64,000 nucleotides of DNA from Aplysia californica (lineage: Eukaryota). Shown here piece after piece: positions 39,794 to 53,484 of the stretch (the first letter of the stretch is position 1; every line of letters begins with the position of its first letter). The DNA lies in assembly GCF_000002075.1 (NCBI RefSeq), contig NW_004797272.1:867369-931368 (forward strand), in the 5' to 3' direction. Under the pieces are notes generated by a model. It was not told where the DNA came from. It saw only the letters and a program-made list of their open reading frames with translations, and did no database searches. The position numbers and the translations under genes are program-made.

Positions 39794-41019
39794 ACTTCCA
39801 TTTTAGTTTACGATTACAGTGTAGGCTATTAATTTCTATGAAGTTGGGCCGGGATCACTTCCCCCAAAGAGTGCCGCACGAAGGCTTAACTGCCAAGTTT
39901 TCAAAATTAAAAAACAGATTTTTATAGCGCAGTCTGCGAAAAAGACCAGTTCTTACTTCAAAAAGATATTAAAAGACAACTTCTACTCAAATTATAAGCA
40001 CACCACAGACACATATGTTACAATGTAATATATATTTATATAATTTCAGATGATGTGAATATTATGTGAATACTAAATCTATGAATTTATGGGCAATGAA
40101 GATCAATAAAGATTTTCATTGCCAATGTGATAATCCTCCAACTCCACAAAACAGAGGAAAAATGATCGCTCATCATCGAAAATACATCTGCAATCTTCAT
40201 TTAGATCTTGGCCTCGAAACAACTAGATCTATTATAAAATGTTTGTCCGTCTAGATCGAGACCTAGGCCATAGACTATCATAGATTTTATCTAGAAAAAC
40301 CTAGGTCTACCCTGAGCCAAGAGTGCACTGAAACTTTCCGATCACAAAAGATTTCCCCTACTGGGTCTGTATACTTCGTGACTTTGTTCCCGGTTACCGG
40401 GTCTGTAAGCACTCCCTTTTAAAAACGCACCCATCCATCACTTGAAAGCACACACGTCCGTGATCAAAGAAATAGTTTTAGCTCCTGCGTTCATTTATCA
40501 CAAAGGCCACCCCCGTAACACACACATGATGACCCGCGACCCGATGTGAATGAATGAGAAACAAAGAAGGCCCGTAGGTTACTTCCCGCATCAATAGCGC
40601 ATGCTCTTAATAACATTTAATAACAAAAAATACAGAAGGGGCACACTCGCGGAAGGAGGTCGACTTCCAGTCTAATTGCGTGGACACTACTCTCGTCGTC
40701 TTTTTGACTCCCGTACTTATTTACGTTCGCCTATCTGGTCATAAATTTTCTAATTTTTCTTGCTTGAAGCCAGTTTGTAGTTTGAAAGTTTGTATTGAAA
40801 CTAAGATGGAAAAAGTTAAAAACATATTTTCTGATGCCAAAATAGATTTCCGTACTCAAACCCAAAAATAGTACTAAATACACGCTTTTTTAGTTACCTG
40901 CTTGGCAGCTATGGATAGGTTTGATTGCCATACTCGGGGCCTCAAAAACAAACACTTTCAAACAGCCAAGAGTCGGGTGATCGGTTAATATTAGAGAATC
41001 GACCTCCCAATGAATGGGC

Positions 41020-41357
41020 ACTAGACTGGCAGTCTAGCCGTACTTATTCTTAATATATGATGGCTAGACTGACCATTTTAAAAAAATAGGCCTACTGAAT
41101 TGTAAATATAAATTTTTAGTGTGCAGTACCTGAAGTATTTGTATTTGAGACGAAACCAGGTGCCTTAATGACAGTGCCTGTATTTTAAACCTCCTGTTTT
41201 CTAATGTTAATAGGGCGTAAGAGAAGTACGGATGGACTGGCAGTCTAGCCGTACTTAAGTACGGCTAGACTTCTTGGCTAGCCGTACTTAAGTACGGGTA
41301 GACAGCCAGGCTAGCTGTACTTAAGGACGGCTAGACTGTCAGGCTAGCCGTACTTAA
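41020..41357. repeat. Tandem palindromic CTAGCCGTACTTAAGTACGGCTAG units
   Basis: Several direct and inverted copies of GGCTAG/CTAGCCGTAC; related units resume at 43250-43281. Confidence 0.7.
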
Positions 41358-43047
41358 CCCTGGAAGCGCGCAGGCCCTCTATATAAAGGGTGTGAGCCAG
41401 GCTACCCGGGAAGCGCGCACACCCTATATATAGGGCAGACCTACTTCGACCGGGAAGCACGCAGGCCCTATATAAAGGGCACAGACGCTGACCCTTTTCA
41501 ATGGAAAATTCCAGTGTTCCTTATATATGGAAAATGACGTAGTCAATTACAGGCCAAAGTTATAAATAGTGACCAATGACTTTGCAAGTTAACTTGACCT
41601 CGTAGAGCGTCTCTTGGCCGATATATCGATCGATAAAGTGACGCGGTCCCGCTGAACGACTACACGCTATGTGTTATCACTTGTTTCGCCGTGCTGATGT
41701 ACTAATTGTTGAGTTTATCGCGTTCTGGGCTTTGTTTGCATTTATTTGATCGCTAATCATTTTTGAATGGCTCATTCTATCAGCTTAACTCATTCGATAC
41801 ATATTATTTTCGGCTTGTGGATGAATTTTTTTCGGGAGGGCGAAATGAGATGATGACTAGTGCGCAGTTCACAGGTCTTGGGGGCCATAAATTCAAATAA
41901 ATATTAACACATTATATATCAACATTTTCAGTATGGTTTGTAGAATACATCTGTATTGTTTATTTGTGCATTTTTCAACTTTGGTTCCTGTAAGAGGCGA
42001 TTATGCAACACAATTGTGATCTGCTGCGGATAAAATTTGAAAACAAAAAATTTATAATCTCAGATGAAACTCAAAAAATATGTTTGCACCTAGTAAAATT
42101 ATACATCAAAATAACCATAACTGTATATAGAACAGGAAAATATTGAAAAATGAGCAGTTATTTACATACATTCCATAATATTTGTACATTTGGATCATAA
42201 CCTCCGATATTGAAAAAAAATCTTTTAATAATTTTGAAAATGATCCCAAACCGAAAAAAAACCACTCGTATCTTATATGGAAATATTCAGAATTGCATTT
42301 GGAATAAACATATACATATCTTGGGTATTACTTTTTGAGTAAATTCACCCAAAAGTAGTGATTTTGGGGAGAAAAAAAATATTTTGACTTTTTAGATTTC
42401 TAGATCTCTAGGCCTAGATCTAGCACTCAAAAATATTGATTTCTCAATTACAGTGCACTGGCAATTTGAGTCCAGTAGTAATATTATAAAGAAGAGTCCT
42501 GCACTTCTTTAGTGAGCAAAATAATGATACATTTTGTTGTGTAAAAGTACTAAGACTGGTGTCTAGGCTATAATTTCGGCTTCGCGATAAAACAATGGCG
42601 CATGATATAAACTTCAAAATCGTATTTCAAAACTGAATCAAAACTTCCGATTTTCGGTGGAAACGCTTGACCCGGAAGTCAACTTTATATTATGACCTTT
42701 ATTTTAACATGGATATGTGGATTGGAATAGAAACTAAGCTAAAATTGAACGTCGGTTCTCGAGCCGCCGGGGGCGGCTTAGCGTACTGACGGCACTTTAG
42801 CCGCGCCGCCCCCCACGGCTCGGCGTGGCGTAGCGAATGAGTTAAAGAAAACATATGCTTTTATATATGCTTTTTATCATCTGTTGAGCCGTAAATGGTC
42901 ATTTTTCAGTAGCAGGTATACATTTTGGGTATCTCAGCTGATTCCCCCCCCCCCCCGACAAACCCCCATGTTTACAACTGATCGTCCGTGCGGCGGCGGG
43001 GCATTTTTGGCGGGTTACTTCCGGTGAAACGCTGAGCGCTTCTAGGG
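41358..43047. mobile_element. piggyBac-like TTAA element containing a nested TTAA element (41789-42841)
   Basis: Outer TTAA-CCCTGGAAGCGC ... GCGCTTCTAGGG-TTAA; inner TTAA-CTCATTCGATAC ... GTAGCGAATGAG-TTAA. Confidence 0.75.
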
Positions 43048-43666
43048 TTAATATTGATTGCTGAATTGTAAATGAAATTTTTAGTTTGCAATGCCAAAAG
43101 TATTTGAATTTCAGACAAAACCAAAAGGTGCCTTACTGACATGCATGTATTTGAACCTGAATAATTATACTATCTAGATCTAGATCTAGATCTAATGAGA
43201 CCTGTTGTACTTAACAGGCTTGAGTCGATAGGGCCAAACCTAGATCTAAATACGGCTAGACTCCCAGTCGTACGGCTAGCCACTTCGTTGCCCCATACCC
43301 TCTAGCTCTAACCTTACGTAACTTACCCCTACCCAAAACCCTTCTAACCCAACCCATGAATACGCCTTCCCCACACCCTGCCACAACCCCGAACCTTAAT
43401 TATCCTATACTCTCTTCTACTGTTTCATAGTGGTTGCTCGTTACGGAATTCCTCCCAATGACAATGCATTGATTGATAGACTGGATTCTGGATAGCTACA
43501 AAGTAAAAATGAGACGAGCAACGGACACAGCTCCGTCAACGCCAAAGAAGTCCATCAGTCATTTCTATTTCAATTTCATTATGCATTATGTCATGGGTAG
43601 ACTCTAACTTGTAAGTCTAGATCTAGATCTAGATCTAGATCTAGATAGATTCTTTTCAGAATGGAA

Positions 43667-43925
43667 GTGGCTATTCTCATCCGGGGTGAGAATAGAAAAA
43701 CAATCTACCTCTCACCCCGGGTGAGACTTGCGACCGTAGGCTATTCTCACCCGGTTTGAAACAAGACCTGTTTTTCCTCATTTCGGAATACTGAATACTT
43801 TCTATCGATGTGGATGGTCAAATTGAAAAAGCCAAGAAAAAATTACGTTATAGCACAGCCACCTCTATTCTCACCCGGAGTGAGAATAGTGCAGGCGAGT
43901 CTTGTGGCTATTCTCACCCGGTGCG
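43667..43925. repeat. Dispersed palindromic subrepeats GGCTATTCTCACCCGG(GGTGAGAATAG)
   Basis: Five related copies; likely the subterminal repeats of a transposon. Confidence 0.6.
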
Positions 43926-46900
43926 CGTTCACCGAATTTTGCGTTCACCCTCCTAAACCACAGAATTCTACACTATGATAACAGAAAAATTGTAGAATTC
44001 TGTGCCATGAACAAACGTTCCATTACAATTATTGTAGCCTACTAAAAGCGTACAATTTTGTCTGTGGGCAGTGGAGAGAGAGAGAAAGAGAGAGAGGAGT
44101 AGCGCGAGAATTTGACATTGTAACAAACAAGTACTAATCTAGATCTAGATCTAGATATTTTAAACTCTCCAACGTCCAACGGAACGAACTCGGGGCCCGA
44201 ACTCGGAACTCACTTAGCCTACCACAGATAAAGAGTGTGTAGATTTAGTGTAAGTGTATGTGTGTATGGTCTAAAAAATGAGTACTGGGTGCACACGTTT
44301 ATTCAAAGTGTACGTATGATTACTAGGGGGTTTGAATCAGAAGATAGTTGGGTACCCAACTGTTTTCACCTCTGTTTACTCAACACTCGGTCATCAATGC
44401 ATCAACAACACAGTACACACACAGTCCTACGCTGTTCACTGTTCTCCCAGTTTCAATCAATCGCAGCGAAAACGTTGGTTCCGGTTTGCGGGTAGGCCCT
44501 AGATCATTATGATCCAAGGTTTTAGAGTACAACATATAGAACTGTTTTTCCCCCTTTTCGGAGGCTGCTACAGAGAAATCAAACTAACTGAAGATTGACT
44601 TTGCATTATTCATATTCACTGATTTTTCATAATGGCGCAATAGAAAGACTAGCCAAGTGTGCAAGAAAATCATTTAGCGCCTTTGACTCAAGTACTCGAT
44701 AAAACATGCTCCCAAAACGATTGATATTATACTAGGCCTAGAGTCTATGTGACTGTTTAAATTATTTGTAAGACCCAAACAGCACTTTTTGTTGTTGTTG
44801 AAGAAAACATAACTTCGAGGACCAATCTAATCACTATTGTCTACTTGCCAATGTCTTGCAGAAAAAGCAATTTCAATTTTAAATTATTGTAGACACACAG
44901 TTGACTGTACAAATACAAGGTCAGTCAAATAATGCATGAGTAAGTCTACTTGTCAACTGAGAACGCATATATATATATGTGTGTTTAGAGCATGCTATCT
45001 CCAACTTGATCTAGATCTAGGTGTGTACCAATGTTAGAAAATTAGAAAAAGACCAGATTTCGCTGTCTTTTAGAACAAAGAATTTTGCGGGAAAAGCCAT
45101 ACTTGAAAAGCAAAGTCGCGACCTCCAAAAAAAAAAAAGTAATAATAATAATAATCTAAAAAAATTTTTTTTTAAAATAGGCCTAATAATTATAACACCG
45201 AGGCCGTATTAAGTAGGACACACTGCTTTGACCCTGTTAAGTATTATATATATGAAAAGAATTCCCCAAATGCTAGAAGCAAACTCACTTTTTTGTTCAC
45301 TAGGAGAGCCTACCCATATATCCCGCTGAAATACATCATGTATTATTAAGCTTATGAGTTCTTATTGGTCAAAAAGGTCGAAACAACCTGCCTCCAAAAT
45401 GATCAAAACTGTGATGATTGAGGCGCAAATCCTTTGGCCTAACAACAAAATTTGAATAGATCTAGTACATGTATTTATAGAACAGTGAGGGAGCGAGTAT
45501 GTATGTATGANNNNNNNNNNNNNNNNNNNNNNNNNNNNNNNNNNNNNNNNNNNNNNNNNNNNNNNNNNNNNNNNNNNNNNNNNNNNNNNNNNNNNNNNNN
45601 NNNNNNNNNNNNNNNNNNNNNNNNNNNNNNNNNNNNNNNNNNNNNNNNNNNNNNNNNNNNNNNNNNNNNNNNNNNNNNNNNNNNNTTAAANNNNNNNNNN
45701 NNNNNNNNNNNNNNNNNNNNNNNNNNNNNNNNNNNNNNNNNNNNNNNNNNNNNNNNNNNNNNNNNNNNNNNNNNNNNNNNNNNNNNNNNNNNNNNNNNNN
45801 NNNNNNNNNNNNNNNNNNNNNNNNNNNNNNNNNNNNNNNNNNNNNNNNNNNNNNNNNNNNNNNNNNNNNNNNNNNNNNNNNNNGAACTGGATAGAAACAC
45901 TAGAAAAGGTTCTGAAAGCATTATCTGAAAGTGAAACAGCTCGAGAAACAACCTCCTTGTTGAGAAGTGTGGGAACAGCAGATCAGAAAGACTCAAAAAC
46001 TCATGATACACAGTCCAAATAAGCAGAACTTAACTGCCATAGTATCACGCAAACCAGAGAACTTTAAATGATTTTAATAAAATAGAACTAGACAACTAAA
46101 CTGAGGCAAGTTGAGCTCTGTACTGTAAAGGTCAATTTAATTTCAGTCTTTCCGCTGATATGCTTTAGCTCTCTCTCAGCCAAGGTACTTATTGGCCCTC
46201 ACAGGCAAAGTCCCCGCCTCCTATATGATATAAATTGCCTAGATTGGGGTGAAAAAATGCATACTTTTACACCAAAAGAAAACAAAAAAAATTGAAATTA
46301 AATGAAACAAGCAAAAGAAAACATAGCCGACTCTGGGCACGTACTTCATCTTTCTATTTTTTTTTCTACCAAATGTAAACGACACGAGTTCACTTAACCC
46401 TATCCGTATGTCCTGTTTTACTATTGTATCCATATATATTTGATGTGGGGAACTATGTGCCACCACTTTCCAAAGAGGAAATTTACTCGTAAATCTGAAA
46501 GTTTCAAAGAGATCTTCGCACTAGAAGTAGATCTATTCTAAAAGGTGAAGAATACAACACCGAGGGTACAAAATGACCCCAGGGCGTAGGGACAGCATTA
46601 ATGAGTGGGGAAATTCATTCAATTGGATCATGCAAGATGGTTAAGTTGTGTCTTTGGGAACATTAAATGTTTACATTACAACCACAACAATAAGTCATGG
46701 CAGGAAACAAAGCACATCCAATTTTCTAGGATGTTAATTTTAGTTGACGTTTTTTCATCATCCATGCCTGGCAAGACATAAGTTTGTTTTCCAAGTCTGT
46801 AGCCTACATAAATGTATGTATTGAGTTTTCAAAATGACAGGAACTGTGTTGATTGTAACGTAAAGCATCAAAATCTACAGCCGACAAAATAAATCAAACG

Positions 46901-47580
46901 AAACAAAACGCATCAGTGCCTGAGGTGTGCTTTCTATTTTCTTTATGTAATCTTGCTTGCGAAAAGGTCCATCAAAAAGAGGTGAAACTTAATTTGATGA
47001 TGACATCAATTTTGCACAACTATTGTGATCAATCATTACAAAAATGAAAAGTAAAAACAACAACAACAACAAAGGTGTAACCTAATCTTTATTTTGTCTT
47101 CTTCGCAGAAGAAATGAGTTCAACTTGGGAGACTGAAATTTAAGTGTATAGAGTGTCTCCAAATAGACTAAAATTATGTCCATGGATACAACGAAGAAAC
47201 TCCAGCCTTTCCAATTAATTATGGTAGCTGAAAAGCAAGCTAAAATCTGTGTTATCAGTGTTTCGCTCTTCACTTTGCTCACAAAAGACAGTTTGTCTTG
47301 CATGTGGTGAAATTTATTAAGCATCCAGCATCCTCAAAATAATGTATATTGTATCTTTTGGGATGTAGCCTAATTCATAAATTTACAGGCATTACAATAC
47401 ATCATTACAATCGATTAGTTAAAACACGAAAGACTCTGAGGTACGCAAATCTTACACTCTTTACCTAGCATGCAGTAATGTATGAAGTCTTATTCATGAA
47501 AGGGGAAATTCACTGAAGCAATTATCTTTGTCTTTCTTTTCAGATACTGAATCCAACCCAGCCAACAGGTGGGGAAGGGG

Positions 47581-47582
<2 letters not shown>

Positions 47583-47637
<55 letters not shown>
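47583..47637. repeat. (GA)n microsatellite
   Basis: Direct reading. Confidence 0.95.
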
Positions 47638-47647
<10 letters not shown>

Positions 47648-49167
47648 GGATGGAGAGGAAAGAGGGATACTTCCCTCAACTCCTACAAAAAAAAGTGTTC
47701 TTGGGGCCGTAAAGCATTTACAGTCATTTTGATAAATCCTTAGGCTGAAGATAAAAACCGAAAGAGGAATCCAATGCGTAATTTTTTGGCTCGACACCTT
47801 GTTTGCAGAAGACGTGACAGTGAATCCAAAATGAAGAAAAGAATAGTAGATCTACGTAACTTTCTTTTGAGATTTAAGAAAAACGACAAATATGTAGATC
47901 TAACAGAAAGTGGCCTTTTCAGGAATTGATGAATAAACACAAAAGAAAAGTGTCTCTCCATTTAAGTTGACAAAATAACAGATTTCTCTCACTGCGCTAT
48001 TAGTAGGATTCGTATAATTTGACAAACAGGCTGGGTAACTGTGGGAGTGCAAAGTACAAGTATGTACCGGTAAAGTCTTTCTCTTGGGCCCAAACAAGTT
48101 ACATGTATTAAGTTAATAATTACAACAGATGTGCAAGACCGTACAGGAGTTACTGAACTTTAAAACTATCACATATCCATTACGGTGTCTATAAATGTAC
48201 AAGAAGATATTCACTGTTTTACAAAGAATTTTAAAGCCTACTATCCAGACTTTTAGCACTTTATCATCATCCATAGACAGCCCTTCTACACATAAAATGT
48301 ACACACTTAGCTAACGATAAGAGTTTCGAAAATGTAGCCACGTTCATTCAATAATAAATGGGGATTACAAAATAAAAAAGCAATTTTTTCATGCGAACAA
48401 AAGAAGAGAGTAACAATGTTCACAATACATTACTAGTATCCCTCAGCAAATGATTGAAAAGGTGGGTTAAAATAATTGCAGAACTTTTGAGAGATAAATT
48501 TCTATTGTAATTACAAACAACCTAAAATTTCATTCACACCATAAAATCCCTGAAACATGAATGTTCTCTTGACCGAAGCAAAAAACCTAAATTCTACACT
48601 GTGTTTTTACACCCCCTCAACACAATTTATGTCATTTAGGAGGCTAAGCGGGCTTCTGACCCTGTCTATCAGGGCCAACCCAGGCTGAGAGGGTTACAAC
48701 ATTCCAACAGAAAGACCAAAAAGATACTCAATTAAAATTATTCACCCAGCTCGGGAAAAAAACTCAGGTCTCCTGTATGTGACAGTGAAGCGCCTTATAC
48801 TACTCACAGACACTGGTCTGGAGAGAAAAAATTCAAGGGAAACTATATAGTAAATAATTGAATAAAGAGAAATCCAGACAGTCTTCTCAATTTCATGCAG
48901 CCCAAACAGTGGAGAATGAAATACTTGCCATGAAACAATATGAACAGTCCAGTAGGCATATAGGACACGGAAATATTCTCAATATGTATGAATTTTGTTA
49001 TGTACATGTTTTGAATACAAAGAAATAATTAACATCATTCTTGCACAACAAAAAATTCAGGACTTGAAAATCAGTTTGCTAAATGCGTGTTTCGCATTGT
49101 GTTTGCTTTGAATGATAGACTGTAAGTCACTTATTGGCCTGTAGAATGTGTAGCATCATCACATTAA

Positions 49168-49566
49168 TTGAGTGGCATCGTGGTGAAATCAGGCGCTCAT
49201 CAAAATAATGACATAGAAGAACCCAACATTTTTCCATTTGTTGATCAATTTCTGTCACTATTTCAAAAAAATTTAAGCCAATTTAAAAACAAATTTTATG
49301 TGAATTTTTGTGAAAAACATTGATCAAAGGCACAAAAAAATATAAATTTACAGTTTCTAGGAAAACTCAAGCTTTGGAATTCTTCAAACTTTAGCAGAAA
49401 TTTTCTCACTAATTTTACCGCTGCTGACAAAATGCAACCCCCACTTTTGAAAGGTGGATGGGTATTTTTTTTATCAAAAGGAAGACAAAAGAACCAGTTA
49501 AGATATTAATTACTTTACATGCCCCCAAATTGACGAGCTCCAGATTCCACCATGTTGTGACACAAT
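49168..49566. mobile_element. TIR MITE family C
   Basis: GGCATCGTGGTGAAATCAGGCGC ... GATTCCACCATGTTGTGACACAATT. Confidence 0.7.
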
Positions 49567-49659
49567 TCAGATGCTATCAGCACCATTATGGAGAGTTAAA
49601 GGCAAGCTGCATTAGATCAAAAAGACATTACATACTTCTTTTATTTCAAAAGAAACTAC

Positions 49660-49832
49660 AGTGTAACACGGATAGGTCGAACAAAGAAGACTTGAAATCA
49701 CGCATCCGTCAAACTGTGCCTGCGGTCACGTTTCTTTTTCCATCTTTATCTTTGTAAGATATCCCCTGATCTACAGAACCCACAAACTACCAAGACCAGT
49801 CCTGACGAATTTGAGCTATCCGTGTTATACTG
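49660..49832. mobile_element. MITE family E, downstream of the BBIP1 stop codon
   Basis: CAGTGTAACACGGATAG ... CTATCCGTGTTATACTG. Confidence 0.75.
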
Positions 49833-50072
49833 AAAATGGAAATGGGGCAGCTGCAACGAAAAAACCACAATAATATGCTCAAAACTATTCTGACTCTGAC
49901 ATTAAAACTTTCACACATGATCCACAAAGCTCTTACAATTCAGTGACAATTGTCCAGGTATAAATTCCTTCTTAGCAAAAGGTACACAAAGCACACACAC
50001 GTAATATATAATACAAAAATAATAATTTAAGTCTTGCTCTCAAACACATTTTCCTTGGTATGACAACGAGTA

Positions 50073-50291
50073 TCATGAATATTGGCTGAAGTCCTCCTCA
50101 GCATTCAGTCTCTCCTGTTTATCTTGTTCTTTAACTTGTTCCTGAGCTTCCCGTTGCATTTTTTCCATCTTCTCCAGAGTCACAGACTTCAAAGGTAACA
50201 GTTTTGGTTTACACAGAGCTACTGTGGGCATATCTTCCTGGTACACTTGACCTTTTTTAGGAAGCCACTCCGAAATCTTGCTTTGAGACAT
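50073..50291 (-). CDS. BBIP1: BBSome-interacting protein 1 (BBIP10/BBS18), 72 aa, intronless CDS
   Basis: MSQSKISEWLPKKGQVYQEDMPTVALCKPKLLPLKSVTLEKMEKMQREAQEQV contains the BBIP10 signature E.LPK.G....ED.....LCKPKLLPLKS.TLEK.EKM. Splice acceptors lie just upstream at 50310-50312 and 50338-50340. Confidence 0.93.
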   Translation of the reverse strand: MSQSKISEWLPKKGQVYQEDMPTVALCKPKLLPLKSVTLEKMEKMQREAQEQVKEQDKQERLNAEEDFSQYS

Positions 50292-50387
50292 ATCGTAGCT
50301 TACTTTTTTCTGAGGAATATTGCAGCTTACTTTTTTCCTGCGATGAAAGAACACAAGAGATCACAATTAATAAAAAAGTACATATAG

Positions 50388-50554
50388 TACAGCAAAACAC
50401 AGATAGGTTGGACACAGAAGATTCAAAATCACCAATCCGTCGATCTGTGCTTGAGGTCCCGTTTTTTTTTCTTCTTTATCTTTGTAAGATATCCCTCAAA
50501 CTACAGATCCCTTGAACTGCCAAGGCCGGTACAGACGAATTCGAGCTATCCGTG

Positions 50555-50608
<54 letters not shown>

Positions 50609-50775
50609 ACAGATATATAAATATAGACAGTATAACACGGACAGTTCAAACTTGTCGGGACCGGCCTCAGTAGTTTGAGGGATATCTTAAAGATAAAGAA
50701 GAAAAAAAAAACGGTACCGCAGGCACAGTTTGATGGATGCGTGATTTCAAGTCTTCTGTGTTCAACCTATCCGTT
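50388..50775. mobile_element. Two family-E MITEs in inverted orientation separated by (GATA)n
   Basis: 50388-50554 and 50628-50775 are mutual reverse complements; (GATA)n at about 50555-50607. Confidence 0.75.
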
Positions 50776-53484
50776 TAGTTTAAGTATCAGTTTTAGTAGA
50801 GGCTTTACAGCGCTCGCTACTGCATACGGTCATATGAGCGTATGTTTACCATACCTGTTGGAGCCAGATACATACTTTGTTCTACAAAGAAAATTTAAAA
50901 AAATTTTTTTAAACTTCTCATTCACGGTTAGATAAATTTCTCTGACAGTACTTTATTTTCGTTATAAAGTGAAATAAAATTTCCGTGTAAAAAGGAAGCA
51001 ACAACGCATGCAGGCAGCTGGTGCACCATTGTATTTTTGCTCACTTCCTTATAAAATTTACACTGGGGTATTACATACAAACACATGGTATAATATTGTC
51101 AAGAAATATACTCAGGGAGAAGTAAGAAATGCTGTTGTTTAGTTGATCAGAGTTATATCCATCCAGCAGGCATTTTTGTACCATTTTATTAATATTAAAA
51201 CGCCAATCAATTATTTTCCCTCTTTGCATCTCTAGCTTCCCATAGAGGAGGCCTTTCAGTTATCTTCAAACCTAATTACTGTGTACGAGCTGCTCATGTT
51301 TTTCAAATCTGTCATATAGGCCTATATTTGGCAACTTGGAAACACACATATCACTTTTCCCATAAAACCATGACAGCTACAGAGTTGAAAGTTGGCAAGT
51401 ACCTGCAAAAAGATAGATAAGTCCCCATGACAGAGCCCGATTTTTTTATGCATTTATTTCCTGAATTTAGAAAAATATATTTGTAAAAAAGTTCCCGTCC
51501 TTCTTTGGCCTTTTTAATTATTGCACTGAGAAACGAAACAAATATATGCATAGCTGTCCTTGAAAGCAGAAGTACGGGAAATGATATTTCGCGAGGCGCA
51601 TTTTGTTTTGAGAGTATATATAAATCTAGACCTTCTAATTTTTTGCATCTCTCAAGATTTATTGTTCTATTCCAGTAGAGTGTAAAATAGGCCAACGACT
51701 TTCAGTTGATGTTAATGAACCGATCATTCCTTTCACCGAAAGAGGGCCTAGCTAGTTTGATATAAAACTTTTGATTTTGAAAATAAAATGATTTCATTTA
51801 TACCCACCCAGGTAAAGAAAGAACCGGTAACCTGACTGTAAATAGTGGAGTAATTGTTCCAAGCGTCCAATGTGATAGTAGTGTGGGCCATCTGTGTGCC
51901 CCAGGCCCTTCATAGCCTACCTCTTTTGGAGGAAAGGGCTGGGCAGTACGTCAGTACGTAGAGGTACTCATTATCTGTACTCTCAATAATACCTTAAGGA
52001 GGTGTCATTGCCAGAACTAAGCTTTGGGTACTGGTGGTGGGAACGTACCAGCACCAAGAATTTTTTATTGGCATTGGGAAGGTGCATGCATCAAGCACAT
52101 AGTACTGCAGGTGATGTGTCCCAACCTGCCCTACACTGAGTCTCTGTCTCTCTCTCTCTCTGAAACACATACACATGACACNNNNNNNNNNNNNNNNNNN
52201 NNNNNNNNNNNNNNNNNNNNNNNNNNNNNNNNNNNNNNNNNNNNNNNNNNNNNNNNNNNNNNNNNNNNNNNNNNNNNNNNNNNNNNNNNNNNNNNNNNNN
52301 NNNNNNNNNNCCCCTCACACATTTTATAATAGAATTTTTTAGATCAGAAAGTGAGAAAGCCATCAAAGCCATATGACGGTTTTTGCCGCCCTTGTCAAAG
52401 TCAAAGCATAGTCCACTGAAAAAAGATCACCAACACACAGTGCAATAGGCTTGTGGTACGAAGCTTGCTGTGTGTGTATTGCGGAAAGGGAAGAGGAGGA
52501 AGGGGTGCTGATGAAAAGCGAGGCAGGCGTAGACGAGAATACAACATGTGCATAGCCTCTGATGCCATCAGCACCAGACTAGCAGTATTCGAGGTACAGT
52601 GCCAGTAATGTAGTGGTACTCAATTTTGTCAATACTGCCTAGCACTAGAGGGGAGTTGACCATTTAAAATATTTCAGGAATAAGTAAATTTAAGCTGCAA
52701 TATTGAGATCATTTTTCAAAATGTCTCAACAAGAAACTTCTTTGTTCAAGTAGCCTTGAAGCAGTGACTAATGAGACAAGAGGAGTGATAAAAATTCAAA
52801 AGAGTTCAATTCATTTTGAAAAGTTACAACAGTAAACACTTAGATTCTAAAATTGTCCGTAAGTTCAAGAAGAATTAATTTGTTCTTACACAAAAAAAAA
52901 AAAGATATTTGGCCCTGTTTTTCTTTCTTTTTTGGGGGGTTTTGTTTAGATGGTGGGATTCGAAGTGAGTTATTCTCAAGTATACATGCCATCTTTCAGA
53001 ACTCCCTCCACTGTTAATTCGGCACTTATTCAAAATCCATTTTGTTAATCTGTGTCTCAGATTTCAAAGAAACCAACGTTGCCTGGATTGGGTGCTTTCA
53101 CCCATGGTGGTCAAAACGAATGTTAGGGAGATCAAACCACCTCACTCTATAATCTTATCCCGAAATACTGACCACTGACCAAAGAATAATGAGCACATAC
53201 AATGCGATGAAAAATGTATTATTTTGATAGGAGATATATATACTTCATAATCCGGTAAGGAGCTGGCAAGCCTTGACATCAGTCAAATGTATAAAAAAAT
53301 GTTAGCAGGTTGCATCAATCACACACTCCTCAAGGCCCAAAACATAATATAGTTGGTCTATATGTCATGTGTACCACACTGTTCATTTAAGTAATGACAA
53401 TCATACCAGGGCTGTGTTTCGAGTACCGGAAAGGTAAAAAAACTATGCATAATTACAGTTACAGTTGAGGTAACCTACGCTTAC

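Noticed and set aside
51885-51950. H/ACA-like hairpin followed by ACA on the minus strand in the putative BBIP1 intron
   Set aside because: Single hairpin, with no H box and no convincing 5' hairpin.
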